A stretch of 64,000 nucleotides of DNA from Candidatus Latescibacterota bacterium (lineage in GTDB: Bacteria > Latescibacterota > UBA2968 > UBA8231): positions 32,001 to 96,000 of the forward strand of contig CBDBIJ010000110.1 of assembly GCA_965205655.1 (NCBI GenBank), given 5' to 3'. The first letter of the stretch is position 1; every line of letters starts with the position of its first letter. This document shows positions 33,879 to 43,477 of the stretch, in pieces. Both the position numbers and the translations under genes were made by a program. The notes below the pieces were generated by a model, which was given only the letters and a program-made list of their open reading frames with translations, did no database searches and was not told where the DNA came from.

Positions 33879-35261
33879 CTATACCAGCTGATGCGCTCGT
33901 TCCTCCTTGAATACCTTGACTACATGCCTGAGGGCGTTCGCCGTGTGTTGGATATCGTCTCCCGTGTGGACGGCGGAGACAAACCCCCCGGGCCAGGAGT
34001 TGACATCGACGCCCTGCGCCAGCATTCCTGAGCGGACTTCCTGCGACAGCGATGCCGGAGCCCCGTCCTTCAGATCCTTGTAATGGAGCGCTCCGGCGAG
34101 GATATCGTCGGCCGTGACGTCCAGATCATTGTTGTTGGGGAAAATGTGAAGGTCGGAGGAGATGCCGTAGACGACCCAGTTGACGCCCTCGTCGCGGATG
34201 ACCTCTCTCAGGGCGTCGCGCAGCATCGCTCCATTCCGTGTTGCCCTCTCCACGATGTCCGTCGTCTTGATGAGCTCCAGCTGCACCCGTCCGGCGGCGG
34301 CGGACAGCGGGTTGGCGTTGTAGGTCCCGAAATGGGCAATACGGCGCTCGGTGTTCCACTGTGGATCGTCCCTCAGCGTCAGCATGTCCATGATCTCGGC
34401 GCTGCCGACGACGGCGCCACCTGGCAGGCCGCCCGCCACCACTTTGGCCAGGGTGGCCATATCTGGCTTGATGCCGAGGAGTTCCTGGGCACCTCCGCGG
34501 GCGACTCGAAAACCGCAGATCACCTCGTCGAATATGAGCAGGACGCCGTGCTGTTCGGTCACTTCCCTGAGCTGCTTCACGAACTCCGGCGGCGCCGGGA
34601 CCTGCCCGAAGGCAGTGCCGGTGGGTTCGAGGATGACGGCGGCGATGTCGTCAGTGCTCTGAAGAATCTGGCTGACGCGATCGATTTCGTTCGGAGGACA
34701 CATGACGATGTTGCTCGCCATTTCCGGCGTGATACCCGCCGGCAGCGAGCCGTCATAGTGAGAGGTGGAGGCGAAGGCGACCTGATCGTGCCAGCCGTGG
34801 AAATGACTTTCGAATCGGAGGATCTTGTTTTTTCTCTTGAAAGCCCGGGCAATGCGAAAGGCCATGAGAGTCGACTCGGTACCGGACGACGTGAACCGGA
34901 CTTTTTCAGCGCACGGCACGAGCTCCGTGATGAGGTCGGCCCACTCCACTTCCATCTCGTGGGATGCGCCATAGTGCGTTCCGAGGGCGACCTGCTCCCG
35001 AACGGCCTCGACGATTACGGGGTGGCTGTGACCCATGATGAGGGCTCCGTGTCCGCCGAAGTAGTCGACGTACTCGTTGCCGTCCACGTCCCATTTGCGC
35101 GATCCCTGCGCCCGCTCCACGAACGGTGGATAGGGGTTGTGCAGTCTGGAGTCGTGGGTGACGCCGCTGGGGAAGGATGCGAGCGCCCGCTCGTTCAGGA
35201 CCTGAGACTTTGGCGTCTTCTCTACGTACTCGCGGATCAGCGTTGATTTGTGCTCACTCAT
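33879..35261 (-). CDS. Class III PLP aminotransferase (glutamate-1-semialdehyde aminomutase-like)
   Basis: WDVDGNEYVDY, SGTESTLMAFR, LLIFDEVICGFR, LAKVVAGGLPGG, GTYNANP; too divergent to call hemL. Confidence 0.85.
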   Translation of the reverse strand: MSEHKSTLIREYVEKTPKSQVLNERALASFPSGVTHDSRLHNPYPPFVERAQGSRKWDVDGNEYVDYFGGHGALIMGHSHPVIVEAVREQVALGTHYGASHEMEVEWADLITELVPCAEKVRFTSSGTESTLMAFRIARAFKRKNKILRFESHFHGWHDQVAFASTSHYDGSLPAGITPEMASNIVMCPPNEIDRVSQILQSTDDIAAVILEPTGTAFGQVPAPPEFVKQLREVTEQHGVLLIFDEVICGFRVARGGAQELLGIKPDMATLAKVVAGGLPGGAVVGSAEIMDMLTLRDDPQWNTERRIAHFGTYNANPLSAAAGRVQLELIKTTDIVERATRNGAMLRDALREVIRDEGVNWVVYGISSDLHIFPNNNDLDVTADDILAGALHYKDLKDGAPASLSQEVRSGMLAQGVDVNSWPGGFVSAVHTGDDIQHTANALRHVVKVFKEERAHQLV

Positions 35262-35639
35262 GGGTTCCTCCTGCAAGAGCCGTTGCTCTTTCTCCTCCAT
35301 CTATCCACAATGACAGCGGAATTAATAAAAGGTCATAGCGCCCGTTTGCCAATCCAATTAAGGAAAGGTCCTCGAAACGCCGGGCGTCGTTCCTGCCAGT
35401 TGATTCTTTTATCGGGATCCGAGAGTTTACGTGCAGGCATCGGCGCTTCCCGCCGGTCGACCATCCTCCCCCATCTCCGCTTTATCGGCATCGGCCGGCG
35501 ATTGCTCCCAGGCCTTCGAGGTCTTCGTGTACGTGGGATCGATTCTTGCCACCTGAATGGAGCTAGCGGCCGCTGAACGGCGTTGTAACAGCAGGGGGTG
35601 TGACAAAATGAAACAGATATGTGTCGAAACGGGCTCGCG

Positions 35640-37547
35640 ATGAGGGCGCACGACCGCATCGATCTAGAGGGAGGTCTCAGGAAGCTGGGCCTCGCGGAGT
35701 TCCGCGGAGGCCAACGGCAGGCAATCGAGACCCTGCTCGAGGTGGGGCGGCTCCTCCTCGTCGCCCCCACCGGGGGAGGGAAGAGTCTGACGTATCAACT
35801 TCCGGCTGCGTGTCTGCCGGGCACGGCCCTCGTCGTGTCGCCCTTGATATCGCTCATGCACGACCAGGTTCAGGCTCTCGAAGAGCGCGGCGTCGCCGCG
35901 ACATACCTTGCCGGCACGCTCGACGGAGACCAGCTAGGACGCCGCATGGCGGCGGCGGCGCGCGGAGCCTTCAAGCTCGTCTACGTCGCCCCGGAGCGCC
36001 TCGCGCACGAGGGTTTCCGCGCCATGCTCGCGAAGCTCCAGTGCTCGCTCGTTGCCGTGGACGAAGCCCACTGCATCAGTCAGTGGGGGCACGACTTTCG
36101 CCCGGAATACATGCAGATCGGCGAGTTGCTCGAGCAGCTTCCACAGGCGCTCGTGCTCGCCTGCACGGCTACGGCGACGCCGGTTGTGCGCGATGAGATC
36201 CTGGAACGGCTTCAGATGCCTCCCGATACGCCGCAGATACTGCGCGGTTTTGCCCGTCCCAACCTGGCGCTGCGGGTTCGCGAATCCGCCAGCAAGGCTG
36301 AGCGCCGGCTTCTCGTTGACGTTACTCTGCACAAAAGTCTCGGCGAGCCGGGCCAGGCGGATGGCACGGCAATCATCTATGCGCCGACACGCCGGAGCAC
36401 GGAGCAGGAGGCAGATCGCCTGCGGCAGGCCGGTTGGGTCGCCGCCGCCTACCACGCCGGAATGGACGGTGGGCACCGAGAGCAGGTACAAGGAGCATTC
36501 GCCGGCGGCGAACTGGAGGTGGTGGTGGCGACGAACGCCTTCGGAATGGGGATTGATCGCCACGATGTGCGCTGCGTCATGCATCTGGCCCCACCGGACT
36601 CGCTCGAAGCCTACTATCAAGAGGCCGGGCGGGGCGGGCGCGACGGAGGAGATGCGATCTGTCTCCTGATCGTCTCGCCGGGCGACATGGCCCTGCGCCG
36701 GCATCTCATTGAGAGGGACGTCGAGGGTCGCGAGCCCGACGAAGAGACGGTGCGTCACAAATGGAATCTATTTTTAGAGCTCATGAGGTGGGCGGAAGGC
36801 GGCGGCTGTCGACACGACGCCATCCTGCGCTACTTCGGCGACGAGGCGGAGACCCTGCACGGCTGCGGTCGCTGTGACGTGTGTCTCGAACTCGCCGAGG
36901 ATCATTGCGATCCCGAAGAGGTCAGCACGATCGTACGCAAGGCCCTCTGCGGAGTAGCCCGGATCGATGGACGCTTCGGAATTCAAGCCGCCGCCAAGCT
37001 TTTGCGCGGCGCTGCCGACGAGCGTCTGCAATGGTCGGGCCTGGAGCACACGCCGACATTCGGAGTGCTGGCTGACCACCCGGAAGAATGGCTGCTCAGG
37101 CTGCTGCGACGCTGCGTCACAGCCGGATGGATAGACTTTTCCGGAGGAGAGAGGCCCGTGGTCGTCCTCACCGAGGAGGGCCGGTCGGTCATTCACGCCA
37201 GGCGGCCGGCGCGACTGCTGCTGCCGCCGCTGGCGCGAGCGCTGCCGACAGCGGGGTCGTCGGCGCAAGTTCGGCGGAAGAAATCCGGGAGTGACTTCGA
37301 CAGCGAGCTCGACGAGTCGGGAAGGGCTCTCTTTGAGGCCTTGCGCGCATATCGCATCGAGACCGCTCGCGAAGCAAAGGTGCCTCCCTACGTCATCGCC
37401 AGCGACCGCACCCTGCGCGACATCGCAGCGCTTCGCCCCGACAGCATCGAGGAGCTCAAGCTGGCGCACGGAATAGGACCGTCCAAGGCCGAGAAGTACG
37501 GCGAAGACCTGCTCCAGCTGATCAGGACAGCCGACCGAAGTGAATAA
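35640..37547 (+). CDS. recQ: RecQ-family DNA helicase
   Basis: PTGGGKSLTYQ, VDEAHCISQWGHDFRPEY, YYQEAGRGGRDG, Zn-binding C..CGRCDVC, RQC and HRDC domains. Confidence 0.93.
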   Translation: MRAHDRIDLEGGLRKLGLAEFRGGQRQAIETLLEVGRLLLVAPTGGGKSLTYQLPAACLPGTALVVSPLISLMHDQVQALEERGVAATYLAGTLDGDQLGRRMAAAARGAFKLVYVAPERLAHEGFRAMLAKLQCSLVAVDEAHCISQWGHDFRPEYMQIGELLEQLPQALVLACTATATPVVRDEILERLQMPPDTPQILRGFARPNLALRVRESASKAERRLLVDVTLHKSLGEPGQADGTAIIYAPTRRSTEQEADRLRQAGWVAAAYHAGMDGGHREQVQGAFAGGELEVVVATNAFGMGIDRHDVRCVMHLAPPDSLEAYYQEAGRGGRDGGDAICLLIVSPGDMALRRHLIERDVEGREPDEETVRHKWNLFLELMRWAEGGGCRHDAILRYFGDEAETLHGCGRCDVCLELAEDHCDPEEVSTIVRKALCGVARIDGRFGIQAAAKLLRGAADERLQWSGLEHTPTFGVLADHPEEWLLRLLRRCVTAGWIDFSGGERPVVVLTEEGRSVIHARRPARLLLPPLARALPTAGSSAQVRRKKSGSDFDSELDESGRALFEALRAYRIETAREAKVPPYVIASDRTLRDIAALRPDSIEELKLAHGIGPSKAEKYGEDLLQLIRTADRSE

Positions 37548-37598
37548 GGCGGTCGTCAGCGCATGTGCTCACGACCGCCTCTTACGCCTGCTCGATAG

Positions 37599-37675
37599 TG
37601 GTGGGCCCAGTAGGACTCGAACCTACGACCAACGGATTATGAGTCCGCCGCTCTAACCAACTGAGCTATGGGCCC
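37599..37675 (-). tRNA. tRNA with CAT anticodon, probably tRNA-Ile2 (lysidine)
   Basis: GGGCCCATAGCTCAGTTGGTTAGAGCGGCGGACTCATAATCCG...ACCA; not an initiator; located downstream of dnaG. Confidence 0.9.
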
Positions 37676-37785
37676 TTCTGTCAGAGCTGGGATAATGAAG
37701 CTAGGGGACGCGGATTGACGGTCAAGGCCGAATCGCGAGAGGCCTCAACTGTGAAAGATTTGCTACGAACTCCTCGCAGTCGCTG

Positions 37786-39558
37786 TCAGTGGGTTCCCAA
37801 ACTCTGGCGGGCCCGGATGAGCTCCGCGACTTCGGCGTTGATGCGGGAGACATCTCCGTCCTGAGAGTCCTGCACGGCTTCTCGAAGCTCCCGTCTCGAC
37901 TGCTGTATCTGACGGGTCAGCGCCTCCTTCTGGAAACGCAGGATATGGTCTTGCCACTGCTCTCGAACATGGGACTCGTCGAAGCCCTCCATCGCACACA
38001 GCGAGATGAGCTGCGTCAGCGACTCGTCTTCGACGCCGCTCATCAGCTGGGATAGATCGAGGCTGTCCGTGTCGCCATGCTCTTCGAACAGAAGTCCTGC
38101 AAGGCGGCAACACCTCGCGTCGGTCATGTCGTTCGGCTCGAGTTGTTGCGCCGTTGGCGCGATGAGCTCGGGATGAAGCAGAAGGAGACCGAGGAACTCC
38201 CGCTCCGTTCTCGGCGGATCGGGCAACTGCTCTGACGGCGCCTCGCCGGGCTCAGGGCGGCGTTGGGGGCCGCGCTGCAGCGAGCGCTGCACCGTCTGCC
38301 GCAGGGCTTTCTCGTCGATGCCGAAACGTTCCGCCGTGCACCGGAAGAGGTGATCGAGGCGCACGGGCTCCCGGCACCGGGCAAACAGGGGTTGTACCGC
38401 CTGAACGGCTCGATCTCTGCCACCCAGGCTCCGCAGATCGAACTGGTGCGCGAGCTTTGAGAGGAAGTAATCGAGCGCCGGCTCGGCTGCCTCGATAGCG
38501 GCCTCCAGCGACGCTCGGCCTTCCGCGCGCACGAATGAGTCCGGATCGTGATCCCGGGGAAGCGACACGACGCCGGCATCGACCCCGGCTGCGAGCAGCA
38601 CCTCGATGCCGCGCATGGCAGCCGTCGATCCGGCGGAATCTCCGTCGAAAAGCAACACGACCCGGTGTGTGTAGCGCCCCAGCGTGCGGCAGTGCTCTTC
38701 TGTGAGGGACGTGCCCGATGAGGCGACGACGTTCGGGACTTCGTGTTGCACGAGACTGAGGACATCCATGTAGCCCTCCACGACGATGGCGCAATCTCGC
38801 TTGCGGATGTCGTCGCGCGTCGAGCTCAGCCCGTACAGAACAGAGCTCTTGTGATATATGGGAGTCTCGGGCGAGTTGAGATATTTCGGCTCGTCATCCG
38901 ATGCGAGCGCGCGGGCGCCGAACCCGACGGTTCGGTCGGACAGATTGGCGATGGGGAAGATGAGGCGATTTCGAAAGCGATCGTAATGACCGGGGCCCCT
39001 GCGGCTCGGCAGTGCCAGTCCGGCCTTCTCGAGGAGCTCGGGTTTGAAACCGCGGCGATCCGCCACTGGGAGGAAGTCCGTCCATCCGCCCGGGGCATAG
39101 CCGAGGGCGAAGCGATCGATCGTCTCGTCCGCGATGCCGCGCCGGCGAAGGTAACCCAGCGCCGCGGCTCCCACCTCCTGACCCAGCATATGGTGGAAGT
39201 ACTTCTTCGCCAGCTCGCTGGCCCTGAAGAGCTGGTCGGCGACCTCGCTCTCACCGTCACCTTTGCGAGGCAGCGGAATGCCAGAGCGGTCGGCGAGAAA
39301 GGAGACGGCTTCGACGAAGCTGACTCGATCGACTTCCTGCAGAAACGTGAAGATGTTCCCCCCTGCACCGCAGCCGAAACAGCGATATATCTGCAGCTCC
39401 GGATTGACGCTGAAAGAGGGAGTCTTCTCGTCATGGAAGGGACACAGACCGAAGAAGTTCCGACCGCGCTGCTTCAGCTGTACGTGCTCCGATACGACGT
39501 CGACAATATCGGCTGTCGAACGGATGCGATCGATAGTCTCTTCGGGGATGCGGGCCAT
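37786..39558 (-). CDS. dnaG: DNA primase
   Basis: CPFHDEKTPSF...CFGC, DRFRNRLIFPI, KYLNSPET, VEGYMD, FDGDSAG, DPD. Confidence 0.96.
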   Translation of the reverse strand: MARIPEETIDRIRSTADIVDVVSEHVQLKQRGRNFFGLCPFHDEKTPSFSVNPELQIYRCFGCGAGGNIFTFLQEVDRVSFVEAVSFLADRSGIPLPRKGDGESEVADQLFRASELAKKYFHHMLGQEVGAAALGYLRRRGIADETIDRFALGYAPGGWTDFLPVADRRGFKPELLEKAGLALPSRRGPGHYDRFRNRLIFPIANLSDRTVGFGARALASDDEPKYLNSPETPIYHKSSVLYGLSSTRDDIRKRDCAIVVEGYMDVLSLVQHEVPNVVASSGTSLTEEHCRTLGRYTHRVVLLFDGDSAGSTAAMRGIEVLLAAGVDAGVVSLPRDHDPDSFVRAEGRASLEAAIEAAEPALDYFLSKLAHQFDLRSLGGRDRAVQAVQPLFARCREPVRLDHLFRCTAERFGIDEKALRQTVQRSLQRGPQRRPEPGEAPSEQLPDPPRTEREFLGLLLLHPELIAPTAQQLEPNDMTDARCCRLAGLLFEEHGDTDSLDLSQLMSGVEDESLTQLISLCAMEGFDESHVREQWQDHILRFQKEALTRQIQQSRRELREAVQDSQDGDVSRINAEVAELIRARQSLGTH

Positions 39559-40074
39559 GGGAGGCGAATGCTGCGGGCCGTTGGCGGCTCGCCGGGCTCG
39601 ATGCGTTTCGGTTAAGCTACCTTGCCACTGTTACCCAGTCAAAAGGAAGGGTGACAACCACTGGTGGTGTCATCGATCCAAACTTTACCCCTCCCGTTGT
39701 GGTTGGTCGAGCATTTATTTAACAGGCTTCATGGAACCGTCGCAAGCCTGCTGCACCGCGGGAGTCGAGGCTGCCTGATTGTCGGCGGACGCGTGTGGTG
39801 TCCTGTATCACAGTCCGATCTTGCCGAGAGGCGTATCTTTCACATCGTCTTGTTGTCCGATCTGTCCGCCCGGGTGGCTGGTAGTGACAGCGGGTGTGCG
39901 GACGTAACTCAATACGTGGCAACCGGTTGTGTGTTTTCAGCGGCATCGAGGGCTTGGGGGGAGATTTTGTTGTCCGGCCGCCTCCGTTGGCCGGTCGCGA
40001 GCTTTCCAATAGGTTGCAGACCAGGGTGAAATTTGGGTGTTTCGCCGCGAACGGGGAAGTCTACAAGAAATTCC

Positions 40075-40102
40075 TTGACTTGGGGTGACAATGCCCTAAA
40101 TT
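40075..40102 (+). promoter_or_regulatory. Sigma70-type promoter
   Basis: TTGACT-N16-TAAATT, about 170 nt upstream of the 40277 start. Confidence 0.45.
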
Positions 40103-40276
40103 AAGCACGCTTTTCCCGATCTATATGAGAAGTAAATCCTGTTCTCGACTTGAGTTGGGAGAATTCGACCACGCGCGTTGAAACGGCCGCGCGCCGCGAC
40201 GGCGTCAAGGTGTGTGCTCCACGATTGACAGTTTAAATGTGTCTCAAAGTGAAATCGACGAGGAGGATAAGGGATT

Positions 40277-42043
40277 ATGTCGAGAGGTAACAAGATGTTC
40301 TTAACCAGCGCTGGGCTGCTGTTTCTGGCTGTGGCAATCATGTGGGCGAACCCTGCGGCGGCACGCTCAGTCACGGGTTCAGTTGCAGCGGTGGACAACG
40401 TAGCTCCCGATCCTCCGGCCAGTGCGGAAGCCTTCCCCGGTGCGGGTGGTGTCGACGTGTCCTGGGAACTGTCCCCCTCGGAGGGAGTGCGCCAAACGGC
40501 AGTTGGTAGAGACTTCACGTCGTTTGGCACCTTCGCCAACACGCGCGACGTAACGGGCTACAATGTCTGGTACAGCGAGAGTGGAGCTGACTTCGTGGCA
40601 ATCCCGGGCGCCAGTGGCGGCCCCCCGACTGTAGGCCCTGGCGTGAGCGCCTACCTGGATGAGGGCGCCGTTAGCGGCCCCAGCTATGTCTACAGAGTGA
40701 CGGCCTGGGACGGAACGAACGACAGCGACCCCACCGAGACCGGTCCGGTGAGTCTCGGCCCGCCGCCGGTGCTCATCATGGCGACGGACGACATCGATCT
40801 CGGCTCGGTCGGCCCTGGCGGCACCAGCTCTGAGACCGTCACCGTGACGAACGATGCTGACGACGCCGAGGCCCTGCTGTTCGTCCGACTCGAAGTGGAA
40901 GGCGACGGCTTCAGCGTCTCCGACGAGTCGATCACCGTCGCCGCGAACGCCTCGGGTACCTTCGACGTGAGTTTCGATGCGACGGGCGTCGGCGACCTCA
41001 ACGGCGACTACGTGGGAACCCTGACGGTCAGCACGAACGACCCGGATCCGGATGACCGCGTGGTCGAGATTGGTCTGAGCGCCACAGTCGCAGGTGGCGT
41101 CGATGTGGCGAGCGTTTCGCTCAGCGCTGAGTCAATCAGCTTCGGCCAGGTTCTTATCGACGAGACTTCGGACAGGACACTGACGATCACAAACAATGGC
41201 GGCCTCGACCTCGAAGCGACACTGGCGCTTGCCGGAGACTCCGAATTCACGATTTCTACCGACATGGCAACCGTCGCAGCTGGTACCACCGCTGACGTGA
41301 CTGTGACTTTCTCGCCGGTAGCGGAAGCGACCTCTTCTGCTACACTGACTGTTTCGAGCAACGATCCCCACAATCCGACTCTCGATGTGTCCCTGTCCGG
41401 TAGCGGCGTGACCGAAATCGTCGGGCCAGGGGTGGTGCAGGTCACAGTCCAGGACGTGCAGATGACCTTCGCCATGGATCTGAACCTCACGGATCAGATG
41501 GCCGTGGACGATTTCACGGCCGCTTTCAAGACGGCACTCGCCGCTGAGCTGGGCATTTCCGTGGACAGAATCATCAACATCACTCTCACTGCGGGCAGCA
41601 CGATCGTCGACTTCCAGATCATCGAGGATGCTGACCCGGCGAGCACGGAACCTTCCGCTGCTGCTGCGGTGACCGCTCTTGAGACTGCAGTCACTACCGA
41701 TGCGACGGTTTTCTCGGGTCTCAATCTCGGTGATGCCTCCGGCGTTGCAGGTGTCGCCATGGCAGTCAGCATTCAGCCGGTCGACGACAACGGCAACGCG
41801 ATTCTGGGTTGGTTCACGCGCGGTGGCACGTCGGTCAGCTTGGATGACTTCTTTGCCTTCGACGATGCCTTCGGCAGCGCTGTCGGTGAGCCATCCTTTG
41901 ACACCCTGTTCGACATCGCCGGTGACACGGCGAGTGACCCCCCCGACGGCTCTGTCGGATTCGGTGACTTCTTCCGCTTCGCCGATGACTTCGGCAAGAC
42001 GGTTGCCAACGCCGCTGATGTCCAGGCGTTGCTCGGAATCTGA
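40277..42043 (+). CDS. Secreted acidic surface protein: FN3-like + 2x choice-of-anchor-D/ASH-like Ig + SEA-like + dockerin-like
   Basis: Signal peptide; GxLTVSxNDP Ig repeats; LGISVDRI...AGSTIVDFQI; duplicated DFFxFxDxFG; RBS AGGAGG. Confidence 0.85.
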   Translation: MSRGNKMFLTSAGLLFLAVAIMWANPAAARSVTGSVAAVDNVAPDPPASAEAFPGAGGVDVSWELSPSEGVRQTAVGRDFTSFGTFANTRDVTGYNVWYSESGADFVAIPGASGGPPTVGPGVSAYLDEGAVSGPSYVYRVTAWDGTNDSDPTETGPVSLGPPPVLIMATDDIDLGSVGPGGTSSETVTVTNDADDAEALLFVRLEVEGDGFSVSDESITVAANASGTFDVSFDATGVGDLNGDYVGTLTVSTNDPDPDDRVVEIGLSATVAGGVDVASVSLSAESISFGQVLIDETSDRTLTITNNGGLDLEATLALAGDSEFTISTDMATVAAGTTADVTVTFSPVAEATSSATLTVSSNDPHNPTLDVSLSGSGVTEIVGPGVVQVTVQDVQMTFAMDLNLTDQMAVDDFTAAFKTALAAELGISVDRIINITLTAGSTIVDFQIIEDADPASTEPSAAAAVTALETAVTTDATVFSGLNLGDASGVAGVAMAVSIQPVDDNGNAILGWFTRGGTSVSLDDFFAFDDAFGSAVGEPSFDTLFDIAGDTASDPPDGSVGFGDFFRFADDFGKTVANAADVQALLGI

Positions 42044-42062
42044 CCGAAAAATCATCTCTTTA

Positions 42063-42097
42063 GCCATGTCCCCGCTACCAGGGGGCAGGGTTTTTTT
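42063..42097 (+). terminator. Intrinsic terminator
   Basis: TGTCCCC...GGGGGCA stem with a T7 run just downstream. Confidence 0.6.
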
Positions 42098-42258
42098 GTG
42101 CGGTGTCCCCGATCAGTCCTGTTCAGCGTGGGATGGGCCGATGTGGGGTGCGGCTCGATGAGTGACGGGGATCACGGCGCCGAACCCTCCCGCCGGGTAT
42201 GGTTCACAGGCACTCGCTCGAGGCAGACTGTCGACCTTCAGGGGCGACTTTTTTCTGC

Positions 42259-42287
42259 TTGACCTTCGCCTATCGCCAGTGTAGCTT
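42259..42287 (+). promoter_or_regulatory. Sigma70-type promoter
   Basis: TTGACC-N17-TAGCTT. Confidence 0.5.
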
Positions 42288-42345
42288 TTCACTTACGCCA
42301 ATTCGTAGAGGCGGGAAGATCCCTCTTTGAGAGGAGGCAACGCCG

Positions 42346-43401
42346 ATGGAAAAGTCGATTCGTATCGCCGCCGGTCTGGCCCTGGTAGCTCTCGCATTCC
42401 CCGCATATGCGGCTGCCGCCGTTTCGCAGCCTGTGCGGTCCGTTGACAACATTCCGCCCGAGCCGGTGACCGACCTGGTGGCTCTGGGCAGCGAGACCGG
42501 GGTCGTCCTCACCTGGAGTCTGTCAGTCGACGACGCTGTCTCCTTCACCCCCTTCGGCGATGTCATCGTGCCGCGGAGTGGGGTGCAGGGATACCGCATT
42601 TACAGAGAAAGCGACGTGCTGGGCGAGGAGCTGATCATCTCCCTCGCACCTGGCGTTTCCGAATTCATCGACGCCGGCGCCGCGGGCGGGGTCACCTACA
42701 AATACTCTGTCCGTCCATTCGATCTGGACAACGAGACGGACGTCGTAGTGGCGCCTGGCTCAGCCGATGACCTGGCCAGGATCGTTGCCCTGGGCGGGGC
42801 ACCCTCAGTCGTCGTCGTGGTCAGCGTCATGGGGTCGATGACCTTCGATATCGACCTGGATTTCGATGATCAAGTCGTCGTCGATGCCTTCGAAGCCGAC
42901 TTCATCGCACTCGTGTCTAACGAGCTCGGCATCAGTCCCGACCGAATCAGGATCGTCGAGATCAGGGCGGGCAGCGTCATCGTCGATTTCGAGATCCTCG
43001 AGCCGCCAGAAGGGATCGAAGAGCCCGCAGCGGCAGACGCTTTGTCGACGCTCATAGCGCTCGTTGAAGACACTGAGACAGATGAGTTCGTGACGCTGGC
43101 TCCTGTTCTTTCGATTGAGGATGAGACGACGAGCGAGGCCGTCGTCATTCCCAAGCCGGTGGATCCCGATGGCGACCCGATCCTCGGCTGGTTCACCCGC
43201 ACAGGCGGCAGCGTCAGCTTCAGCGATTTCTTCGCCTTCGCCGATCACTTCGGCGAGACCTCTGCCGACGACGGCTGGGATGCCGCATTCGATATCGTCG
43301 TCGACGAGACGATCGACTTCAGCGACTTCTTCAAGTTTGCCGATGATTTCGGCAAGACGGTGGCCAATGCTGTGGAGATACAGGGGCTGCTCGGAAACTG
43401 A
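42346..43401 (+). CDS. Secreted paralog: FN3-like + SEA-like + dockerin-like
   Basis: Signal peptide; VDNIPPEP; LGISPDRI...AGSVIVDFEI; GWFTR...DFFAFADHFG...DFFKFADDFGKTVAN. Confidence 0.85.
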   Translation: MEKSIRIAAGLALVALAFPAYAAAAVSQPVRSVDNIPPEPVTDLVALGSETGVVLTWSLSVDDAVSFTPFGDVIVPRSGVQGYRIYRESDVLGEELIISLAPGVSEFIDAGAAGGVTYKYSVRPFDLDNETDVVVAPGSADDLARIVALGGAPSVVVVVSVMGSMTFDIDLDFDDQVVVDAFEADFIALVSNELGISPDRIRIVEIRAGSVIVDFEILEPPEGIEEPAAADALSTLIALVEDTETDEFVTLAPVLSIEDETTSEAVVIPKPVDPDGDPILGWFTRTGGSVSFSDFFAFADHFGETSADDGWDAAFDIVVDETIDFSDFFKFADDFGKTVANAVEIQGLLGN

Positions 43402-43425
43402 ACAGCTGCCCTCTCTCGTCGTGCA

Positions 43426-43462
43426 AAAACCCCGCCCTTGCTATGGAGCGGGGTTTTCTTTT
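43426..43462 (+). terminator. Intrinsic terminator
   Basis: AAAACCCCGC...GCGGGGTTTTCTTTT. Confidence 0.7.
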
Positions 43463-43477
43463 GCGCCGTCCACTGTC

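Noticed and set aside
35300..35620. Short minus-strand ORF between the aminotransferase and recQ
   Set aside because: No RBS or homology recognised; the region is more simply a divergent promoter
43115..43477. ORF-track N-terminal extension of the third dockerin-like paralog
   Set aside because: Overlaps the previous gene and a terminator; the signal peptide begins at ATG 43478
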